A stretch of 64,000 bases of DNA from Octopus vulgaris (GCA_951406725.2 OX597834.1:30318001-30382000), one strand, 5' to 3'. Positions 1-13,276 are shown, numbered from the stretch's first letter. The notes: generated from the sequence alone by a model not told the origin. Translations and numbers: made by a program.

Positions 1-1084
1 CTGATACTTGTTTTATCAGTTCTGAAGGGGATGAAAGGCAAAAATCAACCTTGGCAGGATTTGAACTCACAGCATAAGGAGGCAGAAGAAATGCTCAACC
101 TTCCAACAACTCAGCCATCTTGCCACCACTTTTTGCTTCAAATTCTGACACAAGGCCAGCAACTTTAGGAGGATGGTTCTCCTCAATTAAACTAACCCCC
201 AGCACTTGACTGATGCTTCATGTTTTACAACTCCGAAACAGACGAAAGGCAAAGTTGACCCCGATGGGATTTGAACTCAAAACATAAAGGACCAGAAGAT
301 ATGCCACTAAGCACTTTTCTCTAGCATTTTAATCATTCTGCCAGCTTGCTGATAATAACAATTTCTTTTATTTGTTGCAGGGACATCAGATGAAGAGGGC
401 ATTACAAGAATGCTTTAAGTGTGTTGCTAATCCTCAACTACTGTTTCCAAGCAAGCTAATATTTCTCCATGGCAGACTGGAAACAAACAAGATCACTTCT
501 ATGATGGTTTCCAACCATCACATGATGTCTAGACAAGGGCACACACAGACACACACAACAGGCTTTTTTCGGTTTGTGTCTACCAAATCCATTCACAAGG
601 TTTTGGTCAGCCCTTGGCTATTAAAGTAGAAGACACTTGCCCTAAGGGCTGCACAGTGGGACTGAACCCAAGACAACATGCTTCTTGACCATGCTGCAAT
701 GCTTGTGTGGTAAGAAGCTTGCTTCCCAACCACATGGTTCTGGGTGCAGTCCCACTGCGTAGCACCTTCTACTATAGCCTCAAGTCGACCAAAGCCTTGT
801 GAGTGGATTTGGTAGATGGAGACTGAAAGAAGCCTGTCATATATAAACATATGTATATGTGTCTGTGTTTGTCATCCTACCATCACTTGACAACTGATGT
901 TGGTGTGTTTGCGTCTCCCGTAACTTAGCAGTTCAGCAAAGGACACTGATTGGGGTCAATTTGTTTGATTAAAGGCAGTGCTCCAACATGGCCACAGTCA
1001 GATGACTGGAACAGGCAAAAGAATATATATAGTTATAATAAATATTTAATACACACACACACACACACATTCTTTATTCTTTTA

Positions 1085-1467
1085 TTCTTTTACTTGTTTC
1101 AGTCATTTGACTGCGGCCATGCTGGAGCACCGCCTTTAGTCGAGCAAATCGACCCCAGGACTTATTCTTTGTAAGCCCAGTACTTATTCTATCGGTCTCT
1201 TTTGCTGAACCACTAGGTGATGGGGACGTAAACACACCAGCATCGGTTGTCAAGCAATGCTAGGGGGACAAACACAGACATACACACACACATACATATG
1301 ATATACATACGACAGGCTTCTTTCAGTTTCCGTCTACCAAATCCACTCACAAGGTATTGGTCGGCCCGAGGCTATAGCAGTAGACACTTGCCCAAGATGC
1401 CACGCAGTGGGACTGAACCCGGAACTGTGTGGTTGGTTAGCAAGCTACTTACCACACAGCCACTCCT
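1085..1467 (-). mobile_element. tRNA-derived SINE, family A (head GGAGTGGCTGTGTGGTAAG, internal TA/TG microsatellite, tail ...CAAATGACTGAAACAAGTAAAAG)
   Basis: Pol III A/B-box-like head. Similar copies at ~5585-5970(+), 8219-8835(+), 21926-22305(+), 35738-36182(-), 39176-39565(+), 49143-49550(+), 58256-58533(+), plus many decayed fragments. Confidence 0.85.
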
Positions 1468-1780
1468 AAATAAATGTATGTATTTCTAAACATTTAATTT
1501 TCTGTAAAATATTAAACAAACACACAAACGGAAAAAGAGAAAGAAAACTCAAACAATAGATGCACGATGTTTAAACAAAAATAACTGGTTATAAAGCCTG
1601 ACGTAAAATATGTTTTGCTAATAAAATGTTAACTTAACGAAGTAGAAATTGATAGAAGATGACAGAGAGAAAAAGGAAAAGAAAAAGAAGGAAAGGAAGA
1701 TAAGATGGATGTTAAACAGGTTCTGCAAGAAAACATTTCATAGCGCATTATTTTGTGGTTTAAGCTTCATCATATGCACC

Positions 1781-1837
1781 TGTGTGTGTGTGTGTGTGTG
1801 TATACATATATATATACACATATACATATACATATAT

Positions 1838-1902
<65 letters not shown>

Positions 1903-1923
1903 CATATATATATATACATATAC

Positions 1924-2005
<82 letters not shown>

Positions 2006-2398
2006 ACACATATATATATACACATATACATATATATACACATATACATACACATATATACATACACATATATATATATACATACACATATATATACATA
2101 TACATACATATATATACACATATACATATATATATACACATATACATACACATATATATATACACATATACATATATATATACACACACATATATACACA
2201 TATACATATACACATATACATATATATATACACACATACATATATATATACACACACATATATATATACACACACACATATATATATACACACACACATA
2301 TATATATACACACACACATATATATATACACACACACATATATATACACACACACACATATATATACACACACACACACACATATATATACACACACA
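1781..2398. repeat. Compound (TG)/(TA)/(TACA)/(CA) microsatellite
   Basis: Visible low-complexity tract; source of the YI/HT/CV-rich spurious ORFs. Confidence 0.97.
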
Positions 2399-2782
2399 GA
2401 AAGTCTCAATCCATAATGATATAAAAATAAGAAAAAAAAGACAAAAAAAAGACGAATAAGGAAGAGTGTCTTCATGTCATTAATCTTGACTAAAGATTGA
2501 TGAATAAAACTGCTCACTTGATCCCATCTTCCTCATCCCCACCTCCTACCATCACACAAGTAGCACCTCCCAACACACTCCACCCCACCACACCACACAC
2601 TTCAAAACCAAATGGAGGAAGAAATCAATCGTATGTTATTGCCATTCTCCAATCGAAATAATGGTTTCAGCCGTGAGAAAGCTGTCCGACCGACAATGGC
2701 CTGTTATTAGATCAATACTATTAATCATGATGGATAGCCAAGTTGAGATCTCCCTAGCAATGTAAAAGTTCCAACTGAATAC

Positions 2783-2807
2783 CTGTCAATGCTTTCAGAT
2801 CAGAGAT
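2783..2807 (-). other. Candidate 25-nt poison microexon of PKN
   Basis: Minus strand reads cctaac...tgttcgtttatAG|ATCTCTGATCTGAAAGCATTGACAG|GTattc. Joined to the phase-1 exon it reads G|AT CTC TGA. No transcript evidence. Confidence 0.25.
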
Positions 2808-2841
2808 CTATAAACGAACATTGGTCGGTCGGTAGCCGGGT

Positions 2842-3880
2842 TAGGAAATAAATGATAGGCAAAGGAGCTGGTGTGGGCATACGGTTAAGAAGTTCACTTT
2901 GTAATCAAATGTTTTTGGGGTTCAGTCCCACAGCAAGGTGATGGAACCATTACAGCTCCTGGCCAACCAAAACCATGAAGTGGATTCCGGAAGATGGAAA
3001 CTGAAAGGGCGGCGAGTTGGCAGAAACGTTAGCACGCCGGGCGAAATGCGTAGCCGTATTTCGTCTGTCGTTACGTTGTGAGTTCAAATTCCGCCGAGGT
3101 CGACTTTGCCTTTCATCCTTTCAGGGTCGATAAATTAAGTACCAGTTACGCACTGGGGTCATAGGAAATAAATGATAGGCAAAGGAGCTGGTGTTGGTAT
3201 ACGGTTAAGAAGATCACTTTGTAATCAAATGCTTTTGGGTTCAGTCCCACAGCAAGGTGATGGAACCATTACAGCTCCTGGCCAACCAAAGCCATGAAGT
3301 GGATTCCGGAAGATGGAAACTGAAAGGGTGGCGAGTTGGCAGAAACGTTAGCACGCCGGGCGAAATGCGTAGCCGTATTTCGTCTGTCGTTACGTTGTGA
3401 GTTCAAATTCCGCCGAGGTCGACTTTGCCTTTCATCCTTTCAGGGTCGATAAATTAAGTACCAGTTACGCACTGGGGTCGTAGGAAATAAATGATAGGCA
3501 AAGGAGCTGGTGTGGGCATGCGGTTAAGAAGTTCACTTTGTAATCAAATGTTTTTGGGTTCAGTCCCCACAGCAAGGTGATGGAACCATTACAGCTCCTG
3601 GCCAACCAAAACCATGAAGTGGATTTCGGATGATGAAAACTGAAAGGGCGGCGAGTTGGCAGAAACATTAGCACGCCGGGCGAAATGCGTAGCCGTATTT
3701 CATCTGTCGTTATGTTGGGAGTTCAAATTCCGCCAAGGTCGACTTTGCCTTTCATCCTTTCAGGGTCGATAAATTAAGTACCAGTTACACACTGGGGTCG
3801 ATGTAATCGACTTAATCCGTTTGTCTGTCCTTGTTTGTCCCCTCTATGTTTAGTCCCTTGTTGGTAGTAAAGAAATAGGT
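2842..3880 (+). repeat. Tandem triplication of a ~320-bp unit (decayed SINE-A fragment plus 5' part of SINE-B)
   Basis: taggaaataaatgataggcaaaggagc starts at 2842, 3162 and 3481; the third unit continues into a full SINE-B. Confidence 0.92.
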
Positions 3881-5236
3881 ATTTCGTCCGTTTTTACCTT
3901 TTGAGTTCAAATTCAGCCGAGATCGGCTTTGCCTTTCATCCTTTCAGGGTCGATAAATTAAGTACCAGTCACGCACTGGGGTCGATGTAATCGACTTAAT
4001 ACCTATGTATGTCCCCTCTATGTTTAGCCCCTTGTGGGTAATAAAGAAATAGGAAACTGAAAGAAACCAGTTGCTGTCATCATCATCAGCATCTAATGTC
4101 CTTTTTCTCCATGTCAGCATGGGTTGGATGATTTGACAAGAACAGACAAACCAGAGGGCTTTGTTGCCTGCTAAGGCATGGTTTCCACATCTGCATGCCT
4201 TTCCTAACACGAACCCCTTTACAGTGGCACCAGCACTGGTGAGGTCATCAAGTACCTACAAGATGAGACCCCTCAACTGAGTGGGGTACAGACAGGAGGA
4301 ATAAGAAGCTGTGATGGAGGGAGAGGAGCAAGTGCCTTGCTGAAGGGGTGAATACATGGCTTGTCCACCAGGGGATGTGAAAGAGAAAGTGACCAGCAAT
4401 GTATAGCATCTGATAGTCAGGTCAATATAAGTGATACAGATGTCGTGTATATATCATCATCATCATCACCATTGTTTAACGTCCATTTTCCATGCTGGCA
4501 TGGGTTGGACAGTTTGACTGGGGACTGGCAAGTCAAAAAGCTGCACCAGGCTCCAATCTGATCTGGCAAGGTTTCTACAGCTGGATGCCCTTCCTAATGG
4601 CAACCACTCCAAGAGTGTAGTGGGTGCTCTTTACGTGCCACCAGCACGTGTGGGTGTGTTCTTGTTTTGACAGTTTTAAAGTGACCATCACTACCAAACA
4701 AATGGCGTTGTTCAAATGACCAGTGTTTGATGTCTGGCCATGAGGAAATATTACCTTCATTTGGAAACAGATGGTGGCTAGTGACAAAAAAGGCATCTGG
4801 CTGTAAAAAACCTGCCTCAAAAATATTCTACCCGCTTAATGTTCACAGTGGCCAGATATGGCCTCTCACACTTACTCTATGATGTCATTCTAAAAATAAA
4901 TAATTACCTCATCAGAATCCAGAAGCTACAAAATAATGCGTGATTAATCTTTAGCATGCTGTAGGTGCATTATGTCACCATACGAGTTCTCTCCCCTGTA
5001 GCTGCAGGGCAGTGACATGGAAACAATTCTAGAGAAAATACAGTGTGCTAAAGGTTAATTCAAAACAAGGCAAATCAACAAGCCTTACATCTGACAGAAT
5101 AATCTGAACGCTGAAGGGTAAGGCATTTTGTTCAACATGCTCATGGCTTGGCCAACTCGCTGCCTTAATAATAATAATAATAATAATAATAAAAATGATA
5201 ATAATAATGAAATGAATTGAAGAATAAAAGAATTAC

Positions 5237-5405
5237 CAGCTGATTGTGAAGTTGCATCTTGTGCCGCTTTCAATGTTTGCATGCGAATAATTTCAATTTT
5301 AAATTTGGCGTCGGACAACATCTGCTGTGCTTCAGCCAGTAGCTTCTTGTCTCGTGATGAACCAGTACTATACATAGTAATCATATTTTCAGCACCTTGT
5401 TTCAC
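5237..5405 (-). CDS. PKN: Protein kinase N exon: C-terminal part of an HR1 (HR1b-like) Rho-binding repeat, [56 protein letters not shown]
   Basis: Acceptor ttttccacAG at 5407-5406, donor G|GTaatt at 5236. 169 nt, phase 0 to 1. The peptide matches the PKN1/2 second HR1 motif ([30 protein letters not shown]). Confidence 0.93.
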
Positions 5406-5985
5406 CTGTGGAAAATAGAAAAAGACATGATTGTTGGGGTGAGATGCAAACATTTTAGTGTTTATAATACTGATGGCACTGGAAATATTGAGGTTTTGAT
5501 AACCCTTTCGATACAAACTTACCAACACAATGTCACTGCTTTTGTTCAAATGGTTTCATCAAAATGAGCAGATGCTATAGGGGTAGGAGTGGCTGTGCGG
5601 TAAGTAGCTTGCTTACCAACCACATGGTTCCAGGTTCAGTCCCACTGCATGGCACCTTGGGCAAGTGTCTTTTACTATAGCCTCGGGCCAACCAAAGCCT
5701 TGTAAGTGGATTTGGTAGATGGAAACTGAAAGAAGCCCGTCGTATATATGTATATATATGTGTATGTGTGTGTATAAGTTTGTGTCTGTCCCCCCAACAT
5801 CGCTTGACAACTGATGCTGGTGTGTTTACGTCCCCGTAACTTAGTGGTTCGGCAAAAGAGGCTGATAGAATAAGTACTAGGTTTACAAAGAATAAGTCCT
5901 GGGGTCGATTTGCTTGACCAAAGGTGGTGCTCCAGCATGGCCACAGTCACATGACTGAAACGAGTAAAGAGTATGCCATATGCCA

Positions 5986-6256
5986 GTGGGCATGTGGCAT
6001 AGTGGTTAAGAGTGCGGACTACTAACCCCAAGATTCAGAGTTTGATTCCAGGCAGTGACCTGAATAATAATAATAATAACAACAACATCGAAGAATACCT
6101 TAGGAATGAGAACCCAGGTTGGAAATTTCCCCAAGACACCCGATGAAGGCTGGAGGGTATATCAACCGAAATATGTTAACAACAAACAAAACGAGGACAA
6201 ATATCCGTCAATTGTAAATAATGTACATAATTCCTCATCTCTAAAATATAGAACTG
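5986..6256 (+). mobile_element. tRNA-like head + (AAT)n + Penelope pLTR-like segment with a degenerate hammerhead motif
   Basis: A box TGGCATAGTGG 5995-6005, B-box-like GTTTGATTCC ~6040-6049, then acac CCGATGAA ggctg-10nt-caacc GAA atat at 6136-6177. Confidence 0.55.
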
Positions 6257-7214
6257 TAAAAGAGGAGAATTTGGAAAATATATATTACAGCAACAGGTAT
6301 AATTTGGTCAGAATCAACTGGAAGAATATAATAATGCATGAGAGCTTCATCTGTTAGGAATTTGTAAATAGTGGAATTTGTGATATAGTGTAGTGCAAGA
6401 TTGTTGAAGAAAAGAATGGTTAGAAAGAGGAATATGAGCCAAGTCATGTAAACATTCGTGAAGTCAAGAACAAAGGATGATAATGAAAATATAAACATTA
6501 TTATTTCTCTTCTCTTCTGTTGCAATGAGAAAAGGAAGAAAAAAATATCACAATTGCAGCAAGATATTGATAAAGTAATCTATAGAATTTTAAATATAGA
6601 CCCTATAATTAGTACTGCAATTTTAAATGAAACCTGTAATTATTATGCCATCAATTTTCCTATTTTAATTACGTTTGATATATTGAGGAAAACCAATGAA
6701 GAACTTTACAAAGCAAATCTAAGGCGGAGCTAATTAAAAACCGAAAAACAAAAACAAGAACAAAAAAAAAAGGATTCCACTGAGATGGAAACAAAACCTT
6801 CCAACACACAAAGGTTTTCTTCCTTTTTTTGTTTTTGTTTTTAAGATACAATTAACAATGGCTACCTATTGATGAAGACATTCAAATTAAATAGGAAATC
6901 AAACTGGATATCAAGATATGTTGTTGATACCATGTTCCTATTGAAATACACTACCCTTGTTTCAATTAATTTCAAAATAATGAAGCAGATAATGAAACAA
7001 CTTTGTCAATAACAATGTGGTATTTCAAACAACATAAATCAACAAAGAATTTCGATAGAAGGTTTTTTTAATTCAAGCCACTTTAAATAGGAAGTTTGTA
7101 GAATCGGGGTCAATCTAAGGCAAGTTGGTAACAAAAGAGTTAAAATAATCTTAACACATTCATTGAAGTACTAAGCATTAGAAAGAAACTTTATAAGAAC
7201 ATCACCATTTTTAA

Positions 7215-7431
7215 CCCTTTCGTTACCAACCCGGCTGAAACCGGTTCTGGCTCTGAGTACAAATGTTTTGTTTAAGTTTTGAATTAAAATTTTCCACCAA
7301 ACCTTTAGTCACAATTTATGTTCCTAACACTAGCTGAATGATAACTAAATTATTTTACTGAATTCTTTGTTATATTTAAAGTAATTGAAAGAAACACAAA
7401 GTATCTCAAAATAAATACAGTAACGAAAGGA
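7215..7431. mobile_element. piggyBac-type MITE (family 1)
   Basis: TTAA|CCCTTTCGTTAC...GTAACGAAAGGA|TTAA; closely similar copy at 18100-18319. Confidence 0.88.
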
Positions 7432-8399
7432 TTAATTTGTTAAGTTCAAAGAGTGAGATTTCTTTAACCTGTTTGATACCAATCAAGCAGAGATCTCTTT
7501 CAGTTTTATGTCACAAACTTTCTGGTTCAAAGTGATCTACATTAGCCCTTTAGATGCATGGATAAGGGTAATCGACTCATGGCTGTAAGGTCATGAGTCC
7601 AATTCCTGACAGCACCTTGTGCCCTTGAGCAAGACACTTCATTTCATATTGCTCCAGTTCACTCGGCTGGCAAAAATGAGTTGTATCTGTAATTCAAAGG
7701 ACTAGCCTTTTCACACTCTGTGTCACGCTGAATCTCCCTGAGAACTACATTAAGGGTATGCATGTCTGTGGAGTACTCAGCCAGTTGCATATGAATCAAT
7801 TAATTTAATACACAACAAGTAAAAGATAAAACATTCTTCTTGCATGCCTTAGATTAATGGGATTAGAATGTCTGCGATGCCAAAATGACAGATCATCGAC
7901 CATAGAATTAATGTAGGATCAAAGTCAAAGACCATACAAGATTCATGCCAGAGCAGCAGCACCAGCAATATTAGTAGTAGTAGTAGTAATAGAAGTAATG
8001 GTTTTAAATTTTGGCACACAGCTAGCAATTGTAAGGAAGGAGTTAAATTGATTACATCAACTCCAATACAGAACTGGTACTTATTCTATTGACCCTGAAG
8101 GGATGACAAGCAAAGTTGACCTCGGCGGAATTTGAACTCTGAACATAAAAACTGACAAAATGTTGCTAAGCATCTACTAACAATTTTTCAAGCTCACCAC
8201 CACCATAATAATTATAGGTGCAGGAGTGGTTGTGATAAGAAGCTTGCTTTCCAACCTCATAGTTCCAGGTTCAGTCTCACTACGTGGCACCTTGGGCAAG
8301 TGTCTTGTACTATAGCCTCAGGCCGACCAAAGCCTTGCAAGTGTATTTGGTAGACAGAAACTAAAAGAAGCCCATCCTGTATATATATATATATATATA

Positions 8400-8588
8400 C
8401 ACGACATGATAGATCGTTAGCCACTACACACATTTTTTTCTCTCCTTGTTTTTTGTGTCCCTTTCTCTAGAAGAGCGTAGGCTCGAAACGTAAAAGACTT
8501 TTTCTATTCCTGAGCGTTATACTAATACATCTGTTTGTTTGGTACACCACCTGTCTTCGTCTTTTGTTGTTTTTTCGTAAATTCTCCC
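8400..8588 (+). mobile_element. Hammerhead-motif (pLTR-like) element inserted in the (TA)n of a SINE-A
   Basis: 8461-8496: cttt CTCTAGAA GAGC-gtag-GCTC GAA ACGT A aaag (core deviant); (TA)n on both sides. Confidence 0.7.
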
Positions 8589-8646
<58 letters not shown>

Positions 8647-8854
8647 CACGTATTTGTGTGTCTGTGTTTGCCCCACAACCATTGCTTGACAACCAATGTT
8701 GGTGTGCTTATGTCCCCATAACCTTGTGGTTCGGCAAAAGAGATCAATAGAATAAGTCATGGGGTTGTTTTGTTTTACTAAATGTGGTGCTCCAGCATGG
8801 CTGCAGTCAAATGACTGAAACAAGTAAACGAATAAAAGAATAATAATAATAATG

Positions 8855-8892
<38 letters not shown>

Positions 8893-9724
8893 CCTGCTCC
8901 TGTCCCTCTCTCATACTTTCATATATCTCAATACAATACCCCAGTTAGTGGAGGGATCTTGTTTGCATGGTCTTGGTGGCATCACTTGTGTCAGTGTAGC
9001 CATGTAAAGGAAGCATCCAGTACACTGTCAAACGGTCGGCATTAGGAAGGACATCTGGCTATAGAAAAGCATGCTGAAGCAGGCTTTGGAGCTTGGCACA
9101 ACCCACCAACTCGTCAGTTCCTGTTGAACCATCCAACCCATGCCGGCATGAAAAAAAGGACATCAAATGGTGATGAAGAAAAAATCAATAACTGGAGGAG
9201 CTTACTATATCAACTGATACAGAGTGGTTTGTTAATGCAATGGAAGAGAGAAAGAGAGAGAGAGACAGACAGAGACAGAGAGGGTGTGTAATTTAGTGCA
9301 GTGAAAGTAATGCAATTTATTGCTGGACAATATGGTGGTGTATTTTATCAGATGGAAGAATTCCGATATAGCAGCAAGGACAGATGGGTTTTATTATGCT
9401 TCTTTATATATTTTATATTTTCCAGTGATGACAATTTAAGACAATGAGAAGAATCTGCCCACCACTCACCGAATGCTTGAATAACGGTAGCCAGCATTGG
9501 CAGTAACTGAGAATTTCTCAGTTACTTTTAAGGTTACAATTGCTGCTACTTGCTATTCCAAAATAACAGCAATTTCAGAAACGGTGAAACAAAGCATAAA
9601 ACAGATTTCACAACTACTAATACCTCAACTAGACATCAGCACAAACCCATATGTGTGTAAACATACATATTTATATGCATACATACACATACCTACATGC
9701 AAACAGACTTTACCTTCAGAAACC

Positions 9725-9952
9725 TATTTCTTTACTACCCACAAGGGGCTAAACACAGAGGGGACAAACAAGGACAGACAAACGGATTAAGTCGATAACA
9801 TCGACCCCAGTGCGTAACTGGTACTTGATTTATCGACCCCGAAAGGATGAAAGGCAAAGTCGACCTCGGTGGAATTCGAACTCACAACGTAACGCAGACG
9901 AAATACCGCTAAGCATTTCGCCCGGCGTGCTAACGTTTCTGCCAGCTCGCCG
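9725..9952 (-). mobile_element. SINE family B (head GGCGGCGAGCTGGCAG; core GTCGACTTTGCCTTTCATCCTTTCGGGGTCGATAAA)
   Basis: Flanked by a ccttcagaaacc target duplication (9713-9724 / 9953-9964). Other near-full copies at ~10902-11134(-), 21086-21314(-), 24288-24520(-), 29010-29481(+, two), 29870-30101(+), 30601-30833(-), 53096-53325(+), 59094-59316(-). Confidence 0.88.
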
Positions 9953-10418
9953 CCTTCAGAAACCAATAAACTTAATCCATTGCTCGTCAGGTGAACACAT
10001 TGCTGATTACACTACTGAGCACCTGAATTCCTCATTTTCAAATTAAGTAATTATTTTTCAGTTATTGTAACTGTAATGCAAGCTTCCTGTTTTAAAGCAA
10101 TCTAAAGCAAAAACGGTCCATTAAAAACTTTATGCTAAGTTATGTTCCAAACTACAGTTCAATTGCGCCAAAATTATTTTGATTAATTGAAAGGGAAAGC
10201 AGTGATGTGCATAAAGAGAAATGTACAGGCAGAAAAGGATTCAGTTAAAACTCCCTTCAATTCAGAAATAATCTTCACAAAAGACATTACTGAGTAAGTT
10301 CAATAAGTCAAACCAAACAGGATAAAAAGAGAGAGGAAGGGGGAGAGGGGAGGGAGAGAGAGAGAGAGCCATGCATCTGCTGTTGGAAATATCTAAATTT
10401 GCACATCATGTGCTAAAC

Positions 10419-10557
10419 CAGGCATGTGCAACCTTTTTCTAAGGAGCAGCTGGAATGAGACATGACTCATCATCAGGAAACGCACACAACTAAATAATTC
10501 ACGGTAATTTCTGGTTGCCATTCGGACAATCCCATGGGCATAGTTTGCTCATGGCTG
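10419..10557. mobile_element. hAT-type MITE
   Basis: Imperfect TIRs CAGGCATGTGCAACC / GTTTGCTCATGGCTG; 8-bp TSD tgctaaac / tgctaaat. Confidence 0.7.
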
Positions 10558-11710
10558 TGCTAAATGATCCAACATTTTTTAAAAATTAAAAGTGAAATGA
10601 AGATAAGAAATCCCAATAAAAATTCAATCAACGATGGTAATTAATTAAACAGAAAGATATCAACAAATAAGTTATTTAGAATTGGTTGGACTTAGGAGAC
10701 CTTTCTGCAGAGATTTCTGCATTTTAACTTCTCTTATCAGTCATATTGTGTGCCCTCTCCACTACAGTTTCTGCATTAAACTACTTCATCCAGTCTTTTC
10801 TCTCCCTCAAAATGTTGCTGGTCCCTTGAAATTAGCTCCTTGCTCAAGTTTTTCTCACAGGCAGGACATCAGTTTGCAACTACTCATGAGGTATAAACCT
10901 TCTTATTTCTTTATTGCCCACAAGAGGCTAAACATAGAGGGGACAAACAAGGACAGACAAAGGGATTATATCGATTAGATCGACCTCAGTGCATAACTGG
11001 TACTTAATTTATCGACTCCGAAAGGATGAAAGGCAAAGTCGACCTCGGCGGAATTTGAACTCAAAACGTAAAGACAGACGAAATACCGCTAAGCATTTCA
11101 CCTGACCTGCTAACGTTTCTGCCAGCTCACCACCTATGAGGTATAAACCTTGTCCATGTTCACCAGTCTTGAAGAACCTGAGAGGTCCATAGATGTAGCT
11201 GCGCCCCCCCCCCCAACTCAGCAATATATAAAAATAACAACACTGCAAAGTACAACACACAACCAGAGACTGGTTTCAGTTGTGGTGGGTTCTACCCTCC
11301 ACTCCATTACTGTATGACATGGGACATCTATGTCAGGATAGGCTAGGGTACAGAATATGAGCCAAATAACAGAAATAATATTAAGTAGAAAACAAGTATG
11401 GTATTCAAAGTTTTACGGAGTGTTACATGTATTTCATCAAAATTCTGTAATAATTACATACCAGTTGTAAAAAGAACACTGATGAAGTGAGGTGCAAAAT
11501 TGTATGTTTCTACAGTTATTTAATTATTTTTACAGCATTTTACTGAAATGCATGTATATTCTATAAAGCATGCCTTTGTGCGTGTGTGTATATGCACACG
11601 TGCATGCAACAAAACCTCTGTAAAGTAGAAAACCCTTAAACAAGTATTGCCCTTACTGGAACTGGAGTCTCTGTGAAGGACAATAAGGCAAAAATATAAG
11701 GTACAGTATA

Positions 11711-11924
11711 CAGGGTGGCTCAAAAGTAGGCTTACAGTTATTACATAGGCATTTGAAATTTCTTTTAAAACATTTCATTACATTATTTCTATCTTACAGA
11801 CTGAAAAGGGAGCTTGACAAAATTAACTAAGTTAGCATAGAATAAGGGTTTCATAATTTTTTTTTATAATTAAGTTAATATATGAATGCAAAAGAGATAG
11901 ATTTTTGCATTTTGGGCCACCCTG
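11711..11924. mobile_element. Tc1/mariner-type MITE
   Basis: TA|CAGGGTGGCTCAAAA...TTTTGGGCCACCCTG|TA. Confidence 0.8.
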
Positions 11925-12444
11925 TATGAATGTGTGCATGTGAGAGAGAGAGAGTGAGTGTGTGTGAAAAAGTGAATAAAAATGGTTTTCTGATGTTTAT
12001 AAATAATTAGGTGTTACAAATGGAGACTCTGCTGGGATGTTCTTGCTTAAAAGCAGTTCTCAAATCGATATTTTGCTATCCACTCTGAAGGTAGGACTGT
12101 TTAACTAGAAACACACACACAAACCACCATGAAACAAGAAACCAAGTTCAACCCTTCAAGAACTAAAATTTCAATTCAGGGTATGTGTGTGTGTGTGCAT
12201 GCACATGCATTCATGTGCAAGGGCATACAGTAGACAGAAATTCCATAAATGTAATAATGTATATATTTTATTACACTCCAGTACCTTTGAAAATTTGAAG
12301 ACTTTTTCTACCTGTATATAAATAAACTAAGAAGCAATTCTTCCCCTTTTTTTCTAACACCTTTATTATAACCAACAGTATCCTGCACACTACCAAAAGT
12401 GTTTTATCCCTATACATATAAGTACACACACACACACACACACA

Positions 12445-12495
<51 letters not shown>

Positions 12496-13276
12496 ATATA
12501 GACATATATATAAACATATATATATATATGCTACATATGTGTGAGTATATAACAACAATTAACCAACAAAATTCCTTTTTGAATGTACAACAAAGAACGA
12601 TAGGATAGTCATGCCTAGAGTACTTTTGATCATAGGTCTGTTCAATAAAGTTTGACCTTGGGCTAAACAACAGTGTGTGTGTGTGTGTGCATGCGTGCAT
12701 GTGCATATTGATCATTCAATCTAACACTTACTTGGTGTGCGGAAGAATTTCCATTGAAAACATTTCAAAATTTCACAAAAAAAACTCCAGTTAAGATTGA
12801 CTCCACGGCAGAAGTCATTCCCAGAATTGAAAATTTTAGGCAGGTTAAGAAAAAAAAACAAAAAAACAATGAAAGAAAAACTACCCAAAAGCTATTTGCT
12901 AAGAGGATCCTCCAGCAGAGACGGTAACATTAAATTCCGCTTATGAAATACGGTGTATGTTTAGAACATGTACTGTAGCATTTCTTTTGGTAAACTATTG
13001 AATGGTGTTGAAGGAGAGGAGAGGAGAGGAAAGGAAAGGAAAAAAAAAGTGATAAGTAAATAAAGATGAAAAAAAAAAAAACCCAAAAAAACATCCGATT
13101 ATCATCAAATGTAGGATAAGCTGCTGCCAAGGAAAAAAAAGTCGATATTGACAAAAATTTATTTTTAAAACAAATTTCAAAGAAGATATATTATTATGGG
13201 CCACTTTCTGATTCCCAAGAGCATACAAGTAGAAATACACATTCACACACATTATATTTATACACACAAACACATC

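Noticed and set aside
1649-2517. Six long ORFs of 207-259 aa (also 16203-16852, 52156-52632, 55197-55489, 59443-59955)
   Set aside because: Stop-free translations of microsatellites; no protein-like complexity.
5085-5549. 154-aa ORF as a complete gene
   Set aside because: Only 5237-5405 is exon; the flanks are intron read-through.
5986-6060. tRNA gene (also the SINE heads at 23207 and 61215)
   Set aside because: No proper acceptor stem or terminator; continues into repeat body, so a tRNA-derived head.
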